Positions 32,399 through 45,849 of a stretch of 64,000 nucleotides of DNA are shown one piece after another. The position numbers were made by a program, and so were the translations under genes. Each line of letters begins with the position of its first letter. The stretch's first letter is position 1. Source of the DNA: Ginglymostoma cirratum (taxonomy: Eukaryota); the NCBI GenBank assembly GCA_024137785.1, contig JAHRHZ010000274.1:17784871-17848870 (forward strand). The letters run 5' to 3'. The notes beneath the pieces were generated by a model. The model was not told the origin of the DNA. It made no database searches and saw only the letters and a list, made by a program, of their open reading frames with translations.

Positions 32399-34136
32399 GA
32401 TAATAGGTACTGCAGATGCTGGAGAATCCAAGATAACAAGATGTGGAGCTGGATGAACACAGCAGGCCAAGCAGCATCACAGGAGCAGGAAAGCTTGGCG
32501 TTTCGGGCTGAGACCCTTCATCAGAAATGGGGGAGGGGGAAGAGGGTTCTGAAATAAATAGGGAGGGAGGGGGGAGGCAGATAGAGGAGAGGATAGGTGG
32601 AGAGGAGGCAGACAAGTCCGAGGCAGGGATGGAGACACGAAGGTGAGTGTAGGCAGGTAGGGAGGAGATAGGTCAAGGGGATGGGATGAGGTTAGTGGGT
32701 AGGAGATGGGGGTGGGGCATGAGGTGAGAGGAAGAACAGGTTAGGGAGGCGGGGATGAGCTGGGCTGGTTTTGGGATGCAGTTGGGGGAGGGGAGATTTT
32801 GAAGCTTGTGAAATCCACATTGATACCACTGGGCTTCAGGGTTCCCAAGCTGAATATGATTTGCTGTTCCTGCAGCCTTCGGGTGGCATCATTGTGGCAC
32901 TGCAGGAGGCCCAGGATAGACATGTTGTCTGAGGAATGGGAGGGGGAGTTGAAATGGCTCGTGACTGGTGGGTGCAGTTGTTTGTTGCGAACTAAGTGCA
33001 GGTGTTCTGCAAAGCGGTCCCCAAGCCTCCGCTTGGTTTCCCCGATTGTAGATGAGGCCACAACGGGTACAGCGGATGCAGTATACCACATTGGCGGATA
33101 TGCAGGTGAATATCTGCTTGACGTGGAAAGTCGTCTTGGGGCCTGGGATTGGGGTGAGGGAGGAGGTATTCCTCCGACACCTCTGCCATCCGACCCCACC
33201 ACCAAAGACATTTTTTCCCTCCCCACCCTTGTCTGCTTTCTGGAGGGACCACTCCCTCCGTGACTCCCTTGTCTGCTCCACACCCCTCCAGCCCCACCAC
33301 ACTCGGCACTTTTCCCTGCAACTGCAGGAAGTGCTACACCTGTCCCCACACCACCTCCCTCACCCCAATCCCAGGCCCCAAGAAGACTTTCCACGTCAAG
33401 CAGATGTTCACCTGCACATCTGCCAATGTGGTATACTGCATCCGCTGTACCCGTTGTGGCCTCTTCTACATCGGGGAAACCAAGCGGAGGCTTGGGGACC
33501 GCTTTGTAGAACACCTGCGCTCAGTTCGCAACAAACAACTGCACCTACCAGTTGCGAACCATTTCAACACCCCCTCCCATTCCTCAGACGACATGTCCAT
33601 CCTGGGCCTCCTGCAGTGCTACAATGATGCCACCCAAAGGCTGCAGGAACAGCAAATCACATTCAGCCTGAGAACCCTGCAGCCTAACGGTATCAATGTG
33701 GATTTCACAAGCTTCAAAATCTCCCCTCCCTCAACTGCATCCCAAAACCAGCCCAGCTCATCCCTGCCTCCCTAACCTGTTCTTCCTCACCTATCCCCCT
33801 CCTCCCACCTCAAGCCCCACCCCCATCTCCTATCTAGTAACCTCATCCTGCCCTCTTGACCTGTCTGTCCTCCCTGGACTGACCTATCTCCTCCCCTACC
33901 CCCCCACCTACACTCACCTTTACTGGCTCCATCCCTGCCTCTTTGACTTGTCTGCCTCCTCTCCACCTATCCTCTCCTCTATCCATCATCTATCCGCCTC
34001 CCCCTCCCTATTTATTTCAGAACCCTCTTCCCCTCCCCCATTTCCGATGAAGGGTCTAGGCCCAAAACATCAAGCTTTCCTGCTCCTGTGATGCTGCTTG
34101 GCCTGTTGTGTTCATCCAGCTCCACACCTTGTTATC
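32399..34136. mobile_element. Fold-back Penelope-like insertion (family A): minus-strand arm 32399-33167 and plus-strand copy 33168-34136
   Basis: 13-bp TSD CCAGCCAAATAGA (32386-32398 and 34137-34149). GIY-YIG endonuclease ORF 33260..33775 (CNCRKCYTC...NVVYCIRCTRCGLFYIGETKRRLGDRF). The arms are reverse complements over ~770 bp with a ~185 bp spacer. Confidence 0.92.
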
Positions 34137-35079
34137 CCAGCCAAATAGACCTAGTTTCAGCCACTAATTTGGTACAGTGTAATCTAATTTAGGATTTTGG
34201 TATTAATATGATTAATGGTCAGTTACTGGGTAAAATCTAAATGGCAGCTTTGGGTGAATTCTGCTTTGAAGCAAACATAATGGCGTGACTTGGGCTGAAA
34301 CCTAAACTAGGTAGCTTCTACAAATTTATGCAGAATAGTGGTTGCCAGGATTAAGTTGGTGGATCTGGAGTTTAATATCCCATGACTAATCTAGCAATGA
34401 ATTATAGCCTAGAAATGTCTTAAAAGTGCTGCCTCATGATTGTTTTGAAATACTGATTTTTTTTTGTGGAAATTGCAACATTCATATGACTTCACAATAG
34501 CTTCCATCCAGTAACCAATTGCCAAAATAATTAAAGCAAAGTCTGACATCTATTATCCAATTAAAACAATTACCAACTTGCAACAGTCTTGGATTTTAAA
34601 AAGGCCATAGTGCTTGGAAACGAATATTTTTTGCTTCTATAGTTAGTTGTACTTGTGTTAAATGTCACCTTGTTGGAATGAATCTGTGTAATGTTTTTCC
34701 AGACTTGAGACCTATCTCTTAGTCTGATCCATTCGCACTAACTTGTTGACCATCCAACTTGCCTGACTGGTCCCCATGTCAGTTGATATTGTAGGAGGTT
34801 GCCTCTCCAACCCTTATGTTCAAAAAAAAACCTAGTTTTTTTATTTGGAATTTAGTTGCCCATTCTGCACATTAAACACTTGACTTTCCAATCAAAATTT
34901 CTGCAACCTTTGTAATTTCATAGCTGTGTGAGACTTCTGTTTCAGTTTTTCCTCATCCAGGCATAGACATGATGTCATTGCTGCAGTTTTCACTTTGTCT
35001 GCTTTCATTTGTGCCATTCACTGCAGACTGCCTTAGTGTCAAATTAAAAACTTTTACTAATGAGCCCCCTTTGAAATTT

Positions 35080-35345
35080 TGGGAGGATGGGTTTGGGTTC
35101 CACTGTGATCAAATGAATTTGACAAAATCTGGAATAAAGAAATGGCCTGATGGCAACAGTGTAACAACTGTTAATTGTTGTAAAAGTTCATTAATGTCTG
35201 TTAAGGAAGGAAGGAAATCTGCCATCCTTACCTGGCTGATGTAGTTCCAGATCCACAGAAAAGTGGTGGACTCATAACTGGGAGATCAGGGATACTAAAT
35301 GTCAGTCTAGCCAATGAAGCTGACATCTCTCAAATGAATAAAGAG
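35080..35345 (+). mobile_element. SINE/L2-tail repeat, degenerate copy of the 63050-63405 family
   Basis: ttaaggaaggaa...ctgccatccttacctgg...ccagatccacag shared with 63250-63310. Confidence 0.65.
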
Positions 35346-37376
35346 GAATTGATAATATTAACTAAGTTGAATAATTTTTAGACTTATTTTTGAATACAAA
35401 TCAGTAGCTACATGCTAAAACCTGGAAATTATTGAAGGTGTCAGCATGCACTGTAACAGCAGTAAAGTCAGAAATGCAGAGCTTGGTGCCAAATTACTAT
35501 TGGCACAGAATGGAGCACTGAAGATTTGCAGTTTCTCAACACTTCTTACACATTACCTCTAGAGTTCCCCAGGGATTTGCCTGAGTCAAGCCATGGAATG
35601 CTTGACTGTTTTTTTGATAGAACTGTGATACCAAACTATTGTGTTTTGAGGCAATTTTTAAAAGTTGGATGTTATAAGCTCACAATCTACTTCAAGTGGA
35701 AAGGTTAAGGGCCAATTTTCACCCAAATCATTAGCAGGTGACCATAACTGATTTGAAATAGCAGGAGATGTTATTGCATAAGACTATAGCTTAAAACAAG
35801 AATCACCACTGGGTAAAACAATTTGCAGTGTCCAATTGTGATGGATACTGATTTTGGTTATTTTACCATTGGGCTGTGTTTTTGTCATAAGTCATCAGTA
35901 AATCTGACCATTGGCTTAATGTTTTCAGTCTGGAAGACTGGTGAAGGTTTTGAGCTTGCAGCACTACATTAAGGCCCTTTGTTTTTTTTACAAAACAAAT
36001 CATTTCATGAGATGAATGTGCATATTGCTGGCAAGGCCAATGTTTAGTCACTATCCTTAATTGCATCCCTTGAACTGAGTGATTTGCTGGGCAATTTCAG
36101 AGGGCACGTAAGATTCAACTGCATTTGTATGGTTCAGGAGTCACATGTAGTCCAGACTGAGAGGGTGTTACTGAACCTGATGGATGTTGTGACAGTTGTT
36201 TCTTGGTCACCACCATAACTGACACTACTTTTCAATTCCAGATTGTTATTCATTGAATAAAATTTCCACCAGCCAGTATCTCCTATTTTGTGTCATTATT
36301 CATTTTCAATTGCTATTGAAATTAGCTTCTGCACGGTTATTACTGCTTTATTGGTTGTGTTTTCTTCCACTTGATGGAACAATTTATTGTGGTTGGTTGG
36401 CTCGCCGAGCTGGTTTGTTGTTCCGCATACGTTTCATTACCCTGCTGGGTAACATCATCAGTACAGCCTCCGATGAAATGCTGTTGTGTTTTCCTGTCTG
36501 TCATTTAAACAAGTATGGCCCTTCCCCTAATCCAGCCAAAACTATGGAAACGCTACGTGAATGACACCTTTGTCATTATTAAACAGACCAATCTAGAGGA
36601 GACACACAAACTAATAAACAACACCCTCACCGGGATCAGATTTACCAGAGAAGGGGAGAAGAACAAATAGCTCCCATTCCTGGATGTCATGGTGGAACAC
36701 AGGACCAATGGGAAATTCCTAACAAAGGTGCACAGGAAAGCCACACACACACTGACCAAATACTGAATTTCAACAGCAACCACCCTAACACACACAAAGT
36801 TGCACGAGAGCATTATTTAAACAAGCAACAACACTGAAGCAGCACAGAACTACGCCAAAAAGAAGAGTACCTCTTCCAAGAGCTCAAAGGCAATGGATAC
36901 CCAAAAAAACTGGCTCAGAAGTTGCCTATCACACCAGGAAATTACTACATGCCCTGACACACTCATCACGCTATCTTACATCAAGAACACATCGGAACTG
37001 ACCACAAGACTCCTATGACCACTGGGCATCAGAGTAGCATACAAACCCATATCAACCTTATGCCAATTGTTCACCTGAACCAAAGACCCACTACCCGCTA
37101 TGGACAGGACCAATGTCATATACAAGATTCCCTGTAGAGACTGCGACAAACATTGCATTGGACAAACAAGAAGGAAATTAGCCACAAGGGTACATGACAT
37201 CAACTGGCAACAAAAAGACACGACCAATACTCACTCATCTCCTTCCACATGAATAAGGAAAGCCACCAATTTGACTGGGACAACACCAGGATCCTGGGAC
37301 AGGCAAAGCAGAGACAAGCACAGGAATTCCTAGAAGCCTGGTTCGCTACTGAGAAAGCCAACAATAAACACATAGA

Positions 37377-37971
37377 TAACAATGTGTGCGCCTGGATGAA
37401 CACAGCAGGCCAAGCAGCATCATAGGAGCAGGAAAGCTTGNNNNNNNNNNNNNNNNNNNNNNNNNNNNNNNNNNNNNNNNNNNNNNNNNNNNNNNNNNNN
37501 NNNNNNNNNNNNNNNNNNNNNNNNNNNNNNNNNNNNNNNNNNNNNNNNNNNNNNNNNNNNNNNNNNNNNNNNNNNNNNNNNNNNNNNNNNNNNNNNNNNN
37601 NNNNNNNNNNNNNNNNNNNNNNNNNNNNNNNNNNNNNNNNNNNNNNNNNNNNNNNNNNNNNNNNNNNNNNNNNNNNNNNNNNNNNNNNNNNNNNNNNNNN
37701 NNNNNNNNNNNNNNNNNNNNNNNNNNNNNNNNNNNNNNNNNNNNNNNNNNNNNNNNNNNNNNNNNNNNNNNNNNNNNNNNNNNNNNNNNNNNNNNNNNNN
37801 NNNNNNNNNNNNNNNNNNNNNNNNNNNNNNNNNNNNNNNNTTTCTGATGAAGGGTCTAGGCCCGAAACGCCAAGCTTTCCTGCTCCTATGATGCTGCTTG
37901 GCCTGCTGTGTTCATCCAGGCGCACACATTGTTATCTTGGATTCTCCAGCATCTGCAGTACCTTTTATCTC
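37377..37971. mobile_element. Young fold-back family A PLE nested inside the family C element, spanning the assembly gap
   Basis: TSD CAATAAACACATAGA (37362-37376 and 37972-37986). The sequenced left arm (to 37440) is the exact reverse complement of ~37871-37935, including a private GTGCGCCTGG variant. Confidence 0.88.
37441..37840. other. Assembly gap (400 N)
   Basis: Run of N; true length unknown. Confidence 1.
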
Positions 37972-38429
37972 CAATAAACACATAGAGCTAGACCCTATAT
38001 GCACTCCATTGCAAGGGAAAACAGGAAGTGAGGTAAGCCAGCTCATTGGACACCAGAGTTTAAATACCAGGCGGGAAAACACAACAGCACTTCATCTGAG
38101 GCTGCACTGATGATGTTACCCAGCAGGGTAAAGAAACATCTGTGGAACAACGAACCAGCTCAGGGAGCCAACCAACCACAACATCCACAACCCAAGCTAC
38201 AAATCTACTCTAAAACCTTAGGAACAATTTATTGTCAAAGACAACAACTTTCTCATTCGTTTTACACTTCAAAGTGAGTATTTTCTATATCTAGAAACAA
38301 TTCTTTTGTTCAGTTTTTGAGGCTTTTTTAATTTCACATTGCAGTGGATTGAGATTACTTGTGATTGTGTAATACAAGTGATACAAACCTTTCTTATGCA
38401 AAGATTTTGACGGAAGTAAAATCAAGCAT

Positions 38430-40600
38430 ACCGGACCTCGTATGCTTGGTATTGGGAAATGAGTCAAGCCAGGTGATCAAAGTTTCAGTGGGGGAGCATT
38501 TTGGGAATAGTGACCTTAATTCTGTAAATTTTTGGACACTTATGGTTTGTGGATGAAGGTATTAAACTGGGGAAAGGCCAACTATAACCAAATCAGTCAA
38601 ACATTGGTAAATGTAGGTTGAGAGAGGCTGTATGAGGATAAATCCACATCCAACACGTAGGAGTTTTTTAAAGATCAGTTGAGAGCAGGACAGGTATGTT
38701 CCTATGAAAATGAAGAACTGGAATGGCAGGATTCAAGAACTTGGATGACAAGGGAAATTTATCAACTTAGTCAAAACAAAAGGAAGCATACCTAAGGTCT
38801 AGGCAACTAAAAGCAGAATCCTTAAATAATATAAAGAAAGTAGTAAGGAGCTGAAACAGAGTTAGGAAGGCTAAAAGGGGCTATGAAATGTCCTTGGCCA
38901 GCAGGGTTAAGGAGGATCTCAAGGACTTTTATGTATATTACGAGGAAGAAGATAGCTTGGGAAAGAGCAGGCCCACTCAAGGACAAAGGAGACAGATTAT
39001 GCATGGCACCAGCTGAAATAGATAAGAACCTTAATGAGTCTTTTACATCAGTAGTCAGCAAAGAGAGGGGTGTTGAGATCAGGGAAAGGTGTGTGAATAC
39101 TCTTGGGCAAGTCAACATAATGAAGGATGAAGAAATTAAGGTAGACAAGTCTTTAGGGCCGGATAGGATCTATCCCAGATACTGTGGCAGCCAAAGAGAG
39201 GATATAAGTGGGGCCTTAACAGATATCTTTGTATTCTCTTTGGTCTCAGGCCAGGTTTCAGAAAACTGGAGAATGGCCAGCATTGTTCCTTTGTTTAAGA
39301 AGCAAAACCGATAATCTCGGTAATTACAGGTCGGTGAGCCTGACGCCAGTGGTGGGCAAGCTATTGGAGAAGGTATTGTGAGACAGGATTAATTCACGTT
39401 TGAAAGTGAAGGACTTTGTTACTGATAGGCAGCATGGGTTGGTGTAGGGAAAGTCATGTCTCACCAACTTGACTGAGTTTTTTGAGGAGGTGACAAAAAT
39501 GATAGATGAGGGAAGGGCAAGTCTACATAAACTTTAGTAAGGCATTTGATAAGGTACCTCATGGCAGGCTGATACAAAAGGTAGAGTCTCATGGGATCTG
39601 GGTGAGCTGGCTAGATGGATACAAAACTGTCTTTGTCATAGAAGACAGAGTGGCAATGGAAGCGTGCTCTTCGGAATGGATATCAGTAACTAGTGGAGGA
39701 AAATGTAGGTAGTCTGATTAGTAAGTTTGCAGATGACACCAAAATTTGCAGAGTTGCCAATAGTGAGGAGAATTGCCAAAAGTGGGATATATTGCAGATT
39801 TGGACAGAGAAATGGCAGATGGAGTTTAACATGGACAAATGCAAGGTAATGCATTTTGGAAGATCAAATTTCATGTGTGAATTATACAATAAATAAGCGA
39901 TCTCATAAAAGCTTTGATATACAAAAAGATCTGGGTGTACAGGTCCACAGATCCCTGAAAGTGGTAACACTGGTAAATAAGGCGGTCAAGAAGACATACA
40001 GCACACTTGCCTTTATGGGAAGGGGCATCGAATATAAAGTTGGCAAGTTATGTCACAACTGTGTAAAAATTTAGCTAGGTCACATTTGGAACATTGCGTG
40101 CAGTTCTGGTCATCACATATCACAAGGACCTGGATGCTTTGGAGAGGGTGCAGGATGTTGCTTGGTCTGAAGGGTTTCAGTTATCAAGAATGGTTGGATA
40201 CACTTGGATTATTTTCACTGGACAGACAAAGGCTGAAACCTTATAGAGGTCTCCAAAATTATGCGAGCCATAGATAAGGCGGATCGTCAGAGGCTTTTTC
40301 GCAGGGTGGGAATGCCAACTACAAAAGGGCACAGGTTCAAGGTGAGAGAGGGAGAAGTGCAGGGAAACATTTTCACACAGAGGGTGGTGGGTGCCTGGAA
40401 CACACTGCCAGTGAAGGTGATGGAAGTAGACATGTTAGCAATGATGTATTAGTTTATGATGCATCATGATAAACACATAAACAGGAGGCAAACAGAGGGA
40501 CAGAAACTGCATATGAGCAATAATTAGCAGGTCTAAATAAGGACTAGGAATTGGCACAGGTTTGATGGGCCAACAGGCCTGTTCCTGTGCTGTGCTGTGT
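38430..40600 (+). mobile_element. CR1 LINE ORF2, long degenerate fragment through the 3' tail
   Basis: GEHFGNSD (endonuclease end), SIVPLFKK, YINFSKAFDKVPHGRL, ISKFADDTKI, HLEHCVQFWS, FTQRVVGAWNTLP across ORFs 38365-40452. Confidence 0.9.
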
Positions 40601-41959
40601 TGTATTATTATTGTGCTGACCAAAATGTAAAACAGGCTGCCCACTCCCCACCCTTCATTTTACTTCATTGCACAAACCTTGATCTACGCTGTTGTCTTTT
40701 CGTGCTCTTTACAGTGCCGGGCTTTGAAGACTTGAACCCAAAGTAAAGGAAATGCAGTTGATTCTACTGAGCCCATGCCTCTTCTGTTAGGATTTACAGC
40801 AAGATTAGAGACATTTTTGCAGAAATGTATCACCTGATATTTGCCGCGATGTCCTTCGTGATAGCAATGCATGTGCTGTAAATCCCTGAAAGCTGTTTGG
40901 TGTTGCTGAAATTTGTAACTAGCTGGTTGTGACTGGTATTGATTAAGGCGTGTCTGTTTTAGAAATGCTTTACAGGTGAAAATGTTCATGTAGTGTACCT
41001 ATCACTCTACCTGCCTAAGTCTGAAGACCTAGAATAGTTCAGTGTTTAAAATCAGATAGAAACACAAGGTCAAAACACACAATTAGCTCACTAAGCACAT
41101 CTGCCCTAGAAAATGGAAGGAGTAACATATTGAAATGTAGGGAAAAGAAAGTAAACTAATTTGAAATTATTGTACTGTTTTGTCGAGATTCTAAAAGTAG
41201 TGAACCAAAAAGTGCTTTCTTTAGAAATAGGTTGCTTTCAGACCAAATAATCCAGGACAGACATCTGGAACTAAGAACGAAATCCTCGTTATAACAGTTT
41301 ACTCTAGGATAACAGGTCAGAGTCAGATTTTATAGGCTAGATTTTCATGCAGGTTTCAGAACTCCAAAGTTGCCAGTGAGGGTCCTGGATCTGCATTTAG
41401 AAGTAGCAATGTGCCCAATTACACACTCTTTCTTGAGACAGCCTCCATGTTGGCCACCTCTGTGCTTGAGGATCTCTTAAGGAAGCCCAGTGAGCTCTCA
41501 AGACTACTGACTCAATTAAAGGGTCACAGCTCTGGAACCTCAGAAGCCCCTCAGATGTGTTGGGTTCTAAAGAGGCAGGCTAAGGACTTAACATGGGAGG
41601 AGCCCTCTAAGACACCTATTTAAAGTAAAAATTATTAGGGGAGGAATGATTGGAAGTGGAGGGGAATGTCTTCTGGGCCAAGGATTCAGACTTTCCTGCT
41701 AGCTTCCCCTTCTTCAGGGAACGGAGCCTTCAATTCTAATGGCCTTTCTCGTTAGCGCAGGGAGGTTGCTTCTATTGCCATTGCAAAATTAAATCTAATT
41801 GGGTCTATATTTGGCTTAATTGCTCATCTCCATGATGCAAAAAGCTGATTTTGTCCTTACCCATCCACATGGGAAGCCTCCCTGCTGATCAGAGTACATT
41901 ACAGAGCTGTCTTGATGTAGTTCCTTCCTGTTTTACTAGCCCTTCCCACCTCTACATCC

Positions 41960-42458
41960 ACAATGATCGGATTGAGAGACTTCTACCCAGTAAGTGGTGT
42001 TGCACAAAGTAGGCATTTGCAAAATTTATGTATGCTTCTCTGGTGGATTGCGAGGGGGTCCTGCCTGGGCATGTTGTGTAGGCACCGGGGGAATATGGAC
42101 AGGCAGCAGCTTCAGTAGCAGTGACAGTATTTGTGGTGGTGGTGTTGAGAACAGGCAGCCAGTGTCTCCTGGAGACTGAGATAAGCAGAGGACTCATCAA
42201 AGACTTGAACTTCTAACTTATTCCTTTATTTCCCAAGTTTAAATTAAGAAAGACTTTAATGTTAACTATTACCTCATTTCTTTATTTTTCGACCTCTTCT
42301 ATGAAGTAATGTTTAACTTTTAACTCTGTTTCTGTTACTACTCTGTACCTAAGTTTTTTTTGTATCTAGTAACCTTGATAACTAAAGTTATGGCAACACT
42401 GGACTCTTGTACTTCTGTACTTGAGTACACATGACAATAAAATCTAAATCTAATCTAT
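41960..42458 (+). mobile_element. Non-LTR retroelement 3' end, family uncertain
   Basis: Ends in ...gtacacatgacaataaaatctaaatctaatcta (polyA signal plus short tandem tail). A related reverse fragment lies at ~48590-48670. Confidence 0.45.
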
Positions 42459-42899
42459 GAACCATTGTACCTTTTGTTAGGTAATTATATATAGTTATAT
42501 ATTTATAATTACTTATAATTTATAAATATAATTTTACACATATCTCTTGTTAAGTGTTGTTTTAGTTGGGAGTTAGCCACAAAAGGATCTAAAAGATTGA
42601 GTTTAAGTTTCAGCCAAGATCTTGTTTATTCCACACTACAGGATGGAACTTTGACCAGCAAAGTTCCTGTGCTCATACCTTTCTGCACACAGTAGTTTTA
42701 TGTTTATAGTAACCCATTTGCATGAGAACTTTAAGTAGGTACGTGAATTTCAAGTTATATTCAGATTAGCAGTGATTTTAGTCAATGGTAGAACAGGCAT
42801 GCAGGGCCAAATGACCTAATCCTGCTTCTTGTTTGCATGTTTTTAAGTACATACTTATGCACTTGCTTCTCTGATAAGAAAGTTATTTTGGTTTTTGCA

Positions 42900-43185
42900 G
42901 AGAAAGAAACACATTTGGTAGAAGATTTTTGTCTTGCTGTCATCGGGACAACTCACAACAAAACCAATTCAACAGGAAATTGAACATGCATGAAAGGAAA
43001 CTGTTGATTGGTTAGTAAATGACCTCTCATTGGTTGAGGCAATTCTATAGCTAATGCACCAATCAATAATGATTGACAGTTAACAGCCAGCCTTTGTTTG
43101 AAGTTTAAATCAGGCAGATTGACTCTGATTAGTCAGACCATTGTCCTGAGAAATGAACCAGTGAATTACTGTCATCTATTTCTAC
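42900..43185. repeat. CCAAT-rich repeat related to 55790-56070 (probable PLE terminal repeat)
   Basis: tgattggtt...attggttgaggc...aatgcacca...ttaaa.caggc...tctgattagtcagaccattg shared with ~55900-56060. Confidence 0.6.
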
Positions 43186-43459
43186 CAGTCAGAGTCCATA
43201 CACCAACCAATCAGCACTAAGTTTTGGTTTTTCCCTTGAATTAGTAATCTTGAAAATTATCCTGATGAACACAAGAGGAAAGTCTTTGATAAAGTGTATA
43301 TTTTTTTCAGCAATTCTCAAAATCTGATGTTTGATCTGAAGAAATGTGTGGAATACTGGATAAGACTGGTTAGGGCAAACCCTGTCCGTACCCATCAGCA
43401 CCAAAATGCAAAACAAAAAAAAAAAAAATTTATTTCCTTGTAATATTCTTAGCTAGTTA

Positions 43460-44035
43460 TCTAGATGTGTAGATAAGGTAGTTAAAAAGACAAATGAGAT
43501 ACTTACCTTGATTAGACAAGTCATAGCATATAAGACCAGGAAGTTAGGTGTTACAATTATGTATAATACTCGTTAGGCCATAGCTAGACTAATGGTCATC
43601 ATATTGCAAAATTAACATGATTGTTTCAGAGGAGACTTGTGAGAAATTTCAGGAATGGAGAATATCAGCTATGAGGAAAAAATGATTAGGCTGAGGTTGT
43701 TTCCTTTGGAAAGAGAGTGCTGAGGGAGAGTTTAACTGAATGTGTAAAATTATAAGTGATCTACATAAAGTGACTGGGGAGGATATATTTCCCATAGGAG
43801 AGAATTTAATGAGCAGGAGGCGTAATTTTAAAGTAAATACCCAGAGAGTGATGCAGGAATTTGCTGTCAGAAAGGGCAATAAAGGCAAAAGAATCATATT
43901 TTAAAAAAACACTTGGGAATGCATTTGAAGACTGGTAACCGAAAGAGGTTATTGGTCAAGAGCTGAGATTTGGCTGGATAGCTTTCAAATACAATGGGCT
44001 GACTGACCTTGTCTGCTGTTATCTTTCTATGATTC
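43460..44035 (+). mobile_element. Old CR1 3' fragment
   Basis: Degenerate agctatgaggaaa...ttaggctgaggttgtttcctttgg...gagggagagtttaa and a ttctatgattct tail. Confidence 0.6.
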
Positions 44036-44914
44036 TGTAAGACTAAGAACAATAGCTAAGAGGTCATTTCTCTGGCTTTAATCCTGTACAATGTAGTGTG
44101 ATTAAATATAACCATTCACAAATCTTCCCTTACTTCACTAAGGGTCAATATTTCATATCAGTTTGAATATCAATGTTTTTAGAGTCTTTTAACAATGCCT
44201 GACAACGTATTAATTAAACTGAAATAGCTTGATCTAGAAGGCCCAAGTCCGGAAGTGTGCTATAGTTTTTGAGGTACAGTCTATCCACTTATGGTGCCCA
44301 GCAGTTTTACTGATCAAATAGTGTAGTGCACAATTTTAAATGTCGGGGACGTGTTAGTATTTTTATATTCATTTGAACTCACTAAATTGCAGCTGGACTG
44401 CTCCATTTAGCGGAAGACTTTAGAACTATGGAAATTTACGACATGGAAGGAAGCAATTCAAATTATTGTATCCGCCCCACTCCCATTCTGACTTCTATAT
44501 CATTGACCTCTGGCAGTATTTGAATGAAGCTCAATGGAAGCTCTAGGAACAATGCCTCATCTTTTGATAAGGCACCTCACAGTTGTCCCAACACAATGTG
44601 CTGATCCGTTTCCAGTCTAATCACTACTTACCTGATGGCAGCTGTTGGTGATGATTTGGCTACTACACCTCACCACATTTAGATTTATATTTTGTTTGTT
44701 TATTTACCTCATTGCCATCCCGTTTAGGTCTGTTTTTGTTTTTATCATTTAATCTTGATTGCCTTCCATCTAGCACAGAGCAGAATGTTATGGAGGAAAC
44801 AAGTGTCTTGGCTGCTGGTTGAAGGTTCAGTAGGAATGCTTACATCATCTCTTTTCAAGAAGGCTCACCACATCTGCATAGATCTGGAATGAACTCAATG
44901 GGCTGAACAGCTAA

Positions 44915-45455
44915 ATTTAGCCATGCTAAATTGCTGTGTAGTGTCCAGGGGCGTGTAGGCAATTTGAGTTAGCCATTGTTAATGTGGGATTACATAGATA
45001 GGGTGGAGGTGGGATGCTGGGTCTGGGTGGGATGTTGTTTGGAGGGTTGCTGAAGGCTTGATGGGCCAAATGGCCTCTTTTGTACTGTAGGGGTTCTATG
45101 ATTCTATGAATTATGTAGATTTCATTTAAATGCAGGGAGAATCTTTTCCCTGGCTGGGGAGTCTCAAACCAGGGGAACAGTCTCAGAATACAGGGTAGAC
45201 CATTTAGGACTGAGGTGAGGAAACATCAAAGGGTAGTGAACCTGTGAAGTTCTCAACCCCAGAAGGCTGTTATGGCCAAGTCAGTGAATATATTCAAGAA
45301 TGAGATAGATACAGGTTTAGATTTTAAAGGCATCAATGCAAATGGGGAGTAAGCAGGAATATGGTATTGAAACAGAGGATCGTCAATGAAATTAAAAGGA
45401 GGAGCAGGCTTGAAGGACTAAGTGGCCTACTCCTGATCCTGGTTTCTATGGTTCT
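44915..45455 (+). mobile_element. HE1-like SINE 3' part followed by a CR1 3' fragment
   Basis: gccatgctaaattg...ttctatgattctatga (44915-45110); ccatttaggactgaggtgagg...gtttctatggttcta (45130-45455). Confidence 0.65.
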
Positions 45456-45849
45456 ATTCGGCTGGGTGTATGGATTGCGCTGCACAAGGCATTTGCAGTT
45501 GTGTGGGAAGGCTACACAGACTTGCCATTGGATTTCTTTCTTGTAGCACTCTCAACTCTGTAACACTCAGCAACTTGAAGTAATCTTTCAGAGCAAAGAT
45601 CTAACTGGTCATGTGCTCTCCGTCCTACAAAGGGGACAAGCCTAAAGAATTGTAATTGACAAAAACCTCTGGGAAGAAACTGCCCATGACAATGGGAGAG
45701 TGAACAGGAGAGAACAACGAAAGATTGGGGAAAGAGAGTAACCACTGCTGTAATTACACAAATATGGCAGTCAATTTGCACACAGCCAGCTCCCAAAAAT
45801 GCTAATGTTTCAGGCCAGTGCTTCCCAGACATTTTCACTGTCGACACAA

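Larger units (their letters stand above)
36387..38220 (+). mobile_element. Penelope/Poseidon-like element (family C), 5'-truncated, with an inverted terminal segment
   Basis: RT motif LWKRYVNDTFVII (~36542; YVDD-like). GIY-YIG NVIYKIPCRDCDKHCIGQT (~37112). ~36387-36510 is an inverted copy of ~38058-38181. TSD GGAACAATTTATTGT (36376-36390 and 38221-38235). Hammerhead cores at 38107-38140 (+) and 36428-36461 (-). Confidence 0.88.

Noticed and set aside
32741-34091. Dense overlapping long ORFs on both strands (up to 257 aa) suggesting a novel gene cluster
   Set aside because: All are frames of the inverted PLE arms; only the GIY-YIG frame is meaningful and it is a truncated transposon fragment.
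37200-37977. Long ORFs of 153-241 aa
   Set aside because: Artefacts of translating through the 400-N gap.
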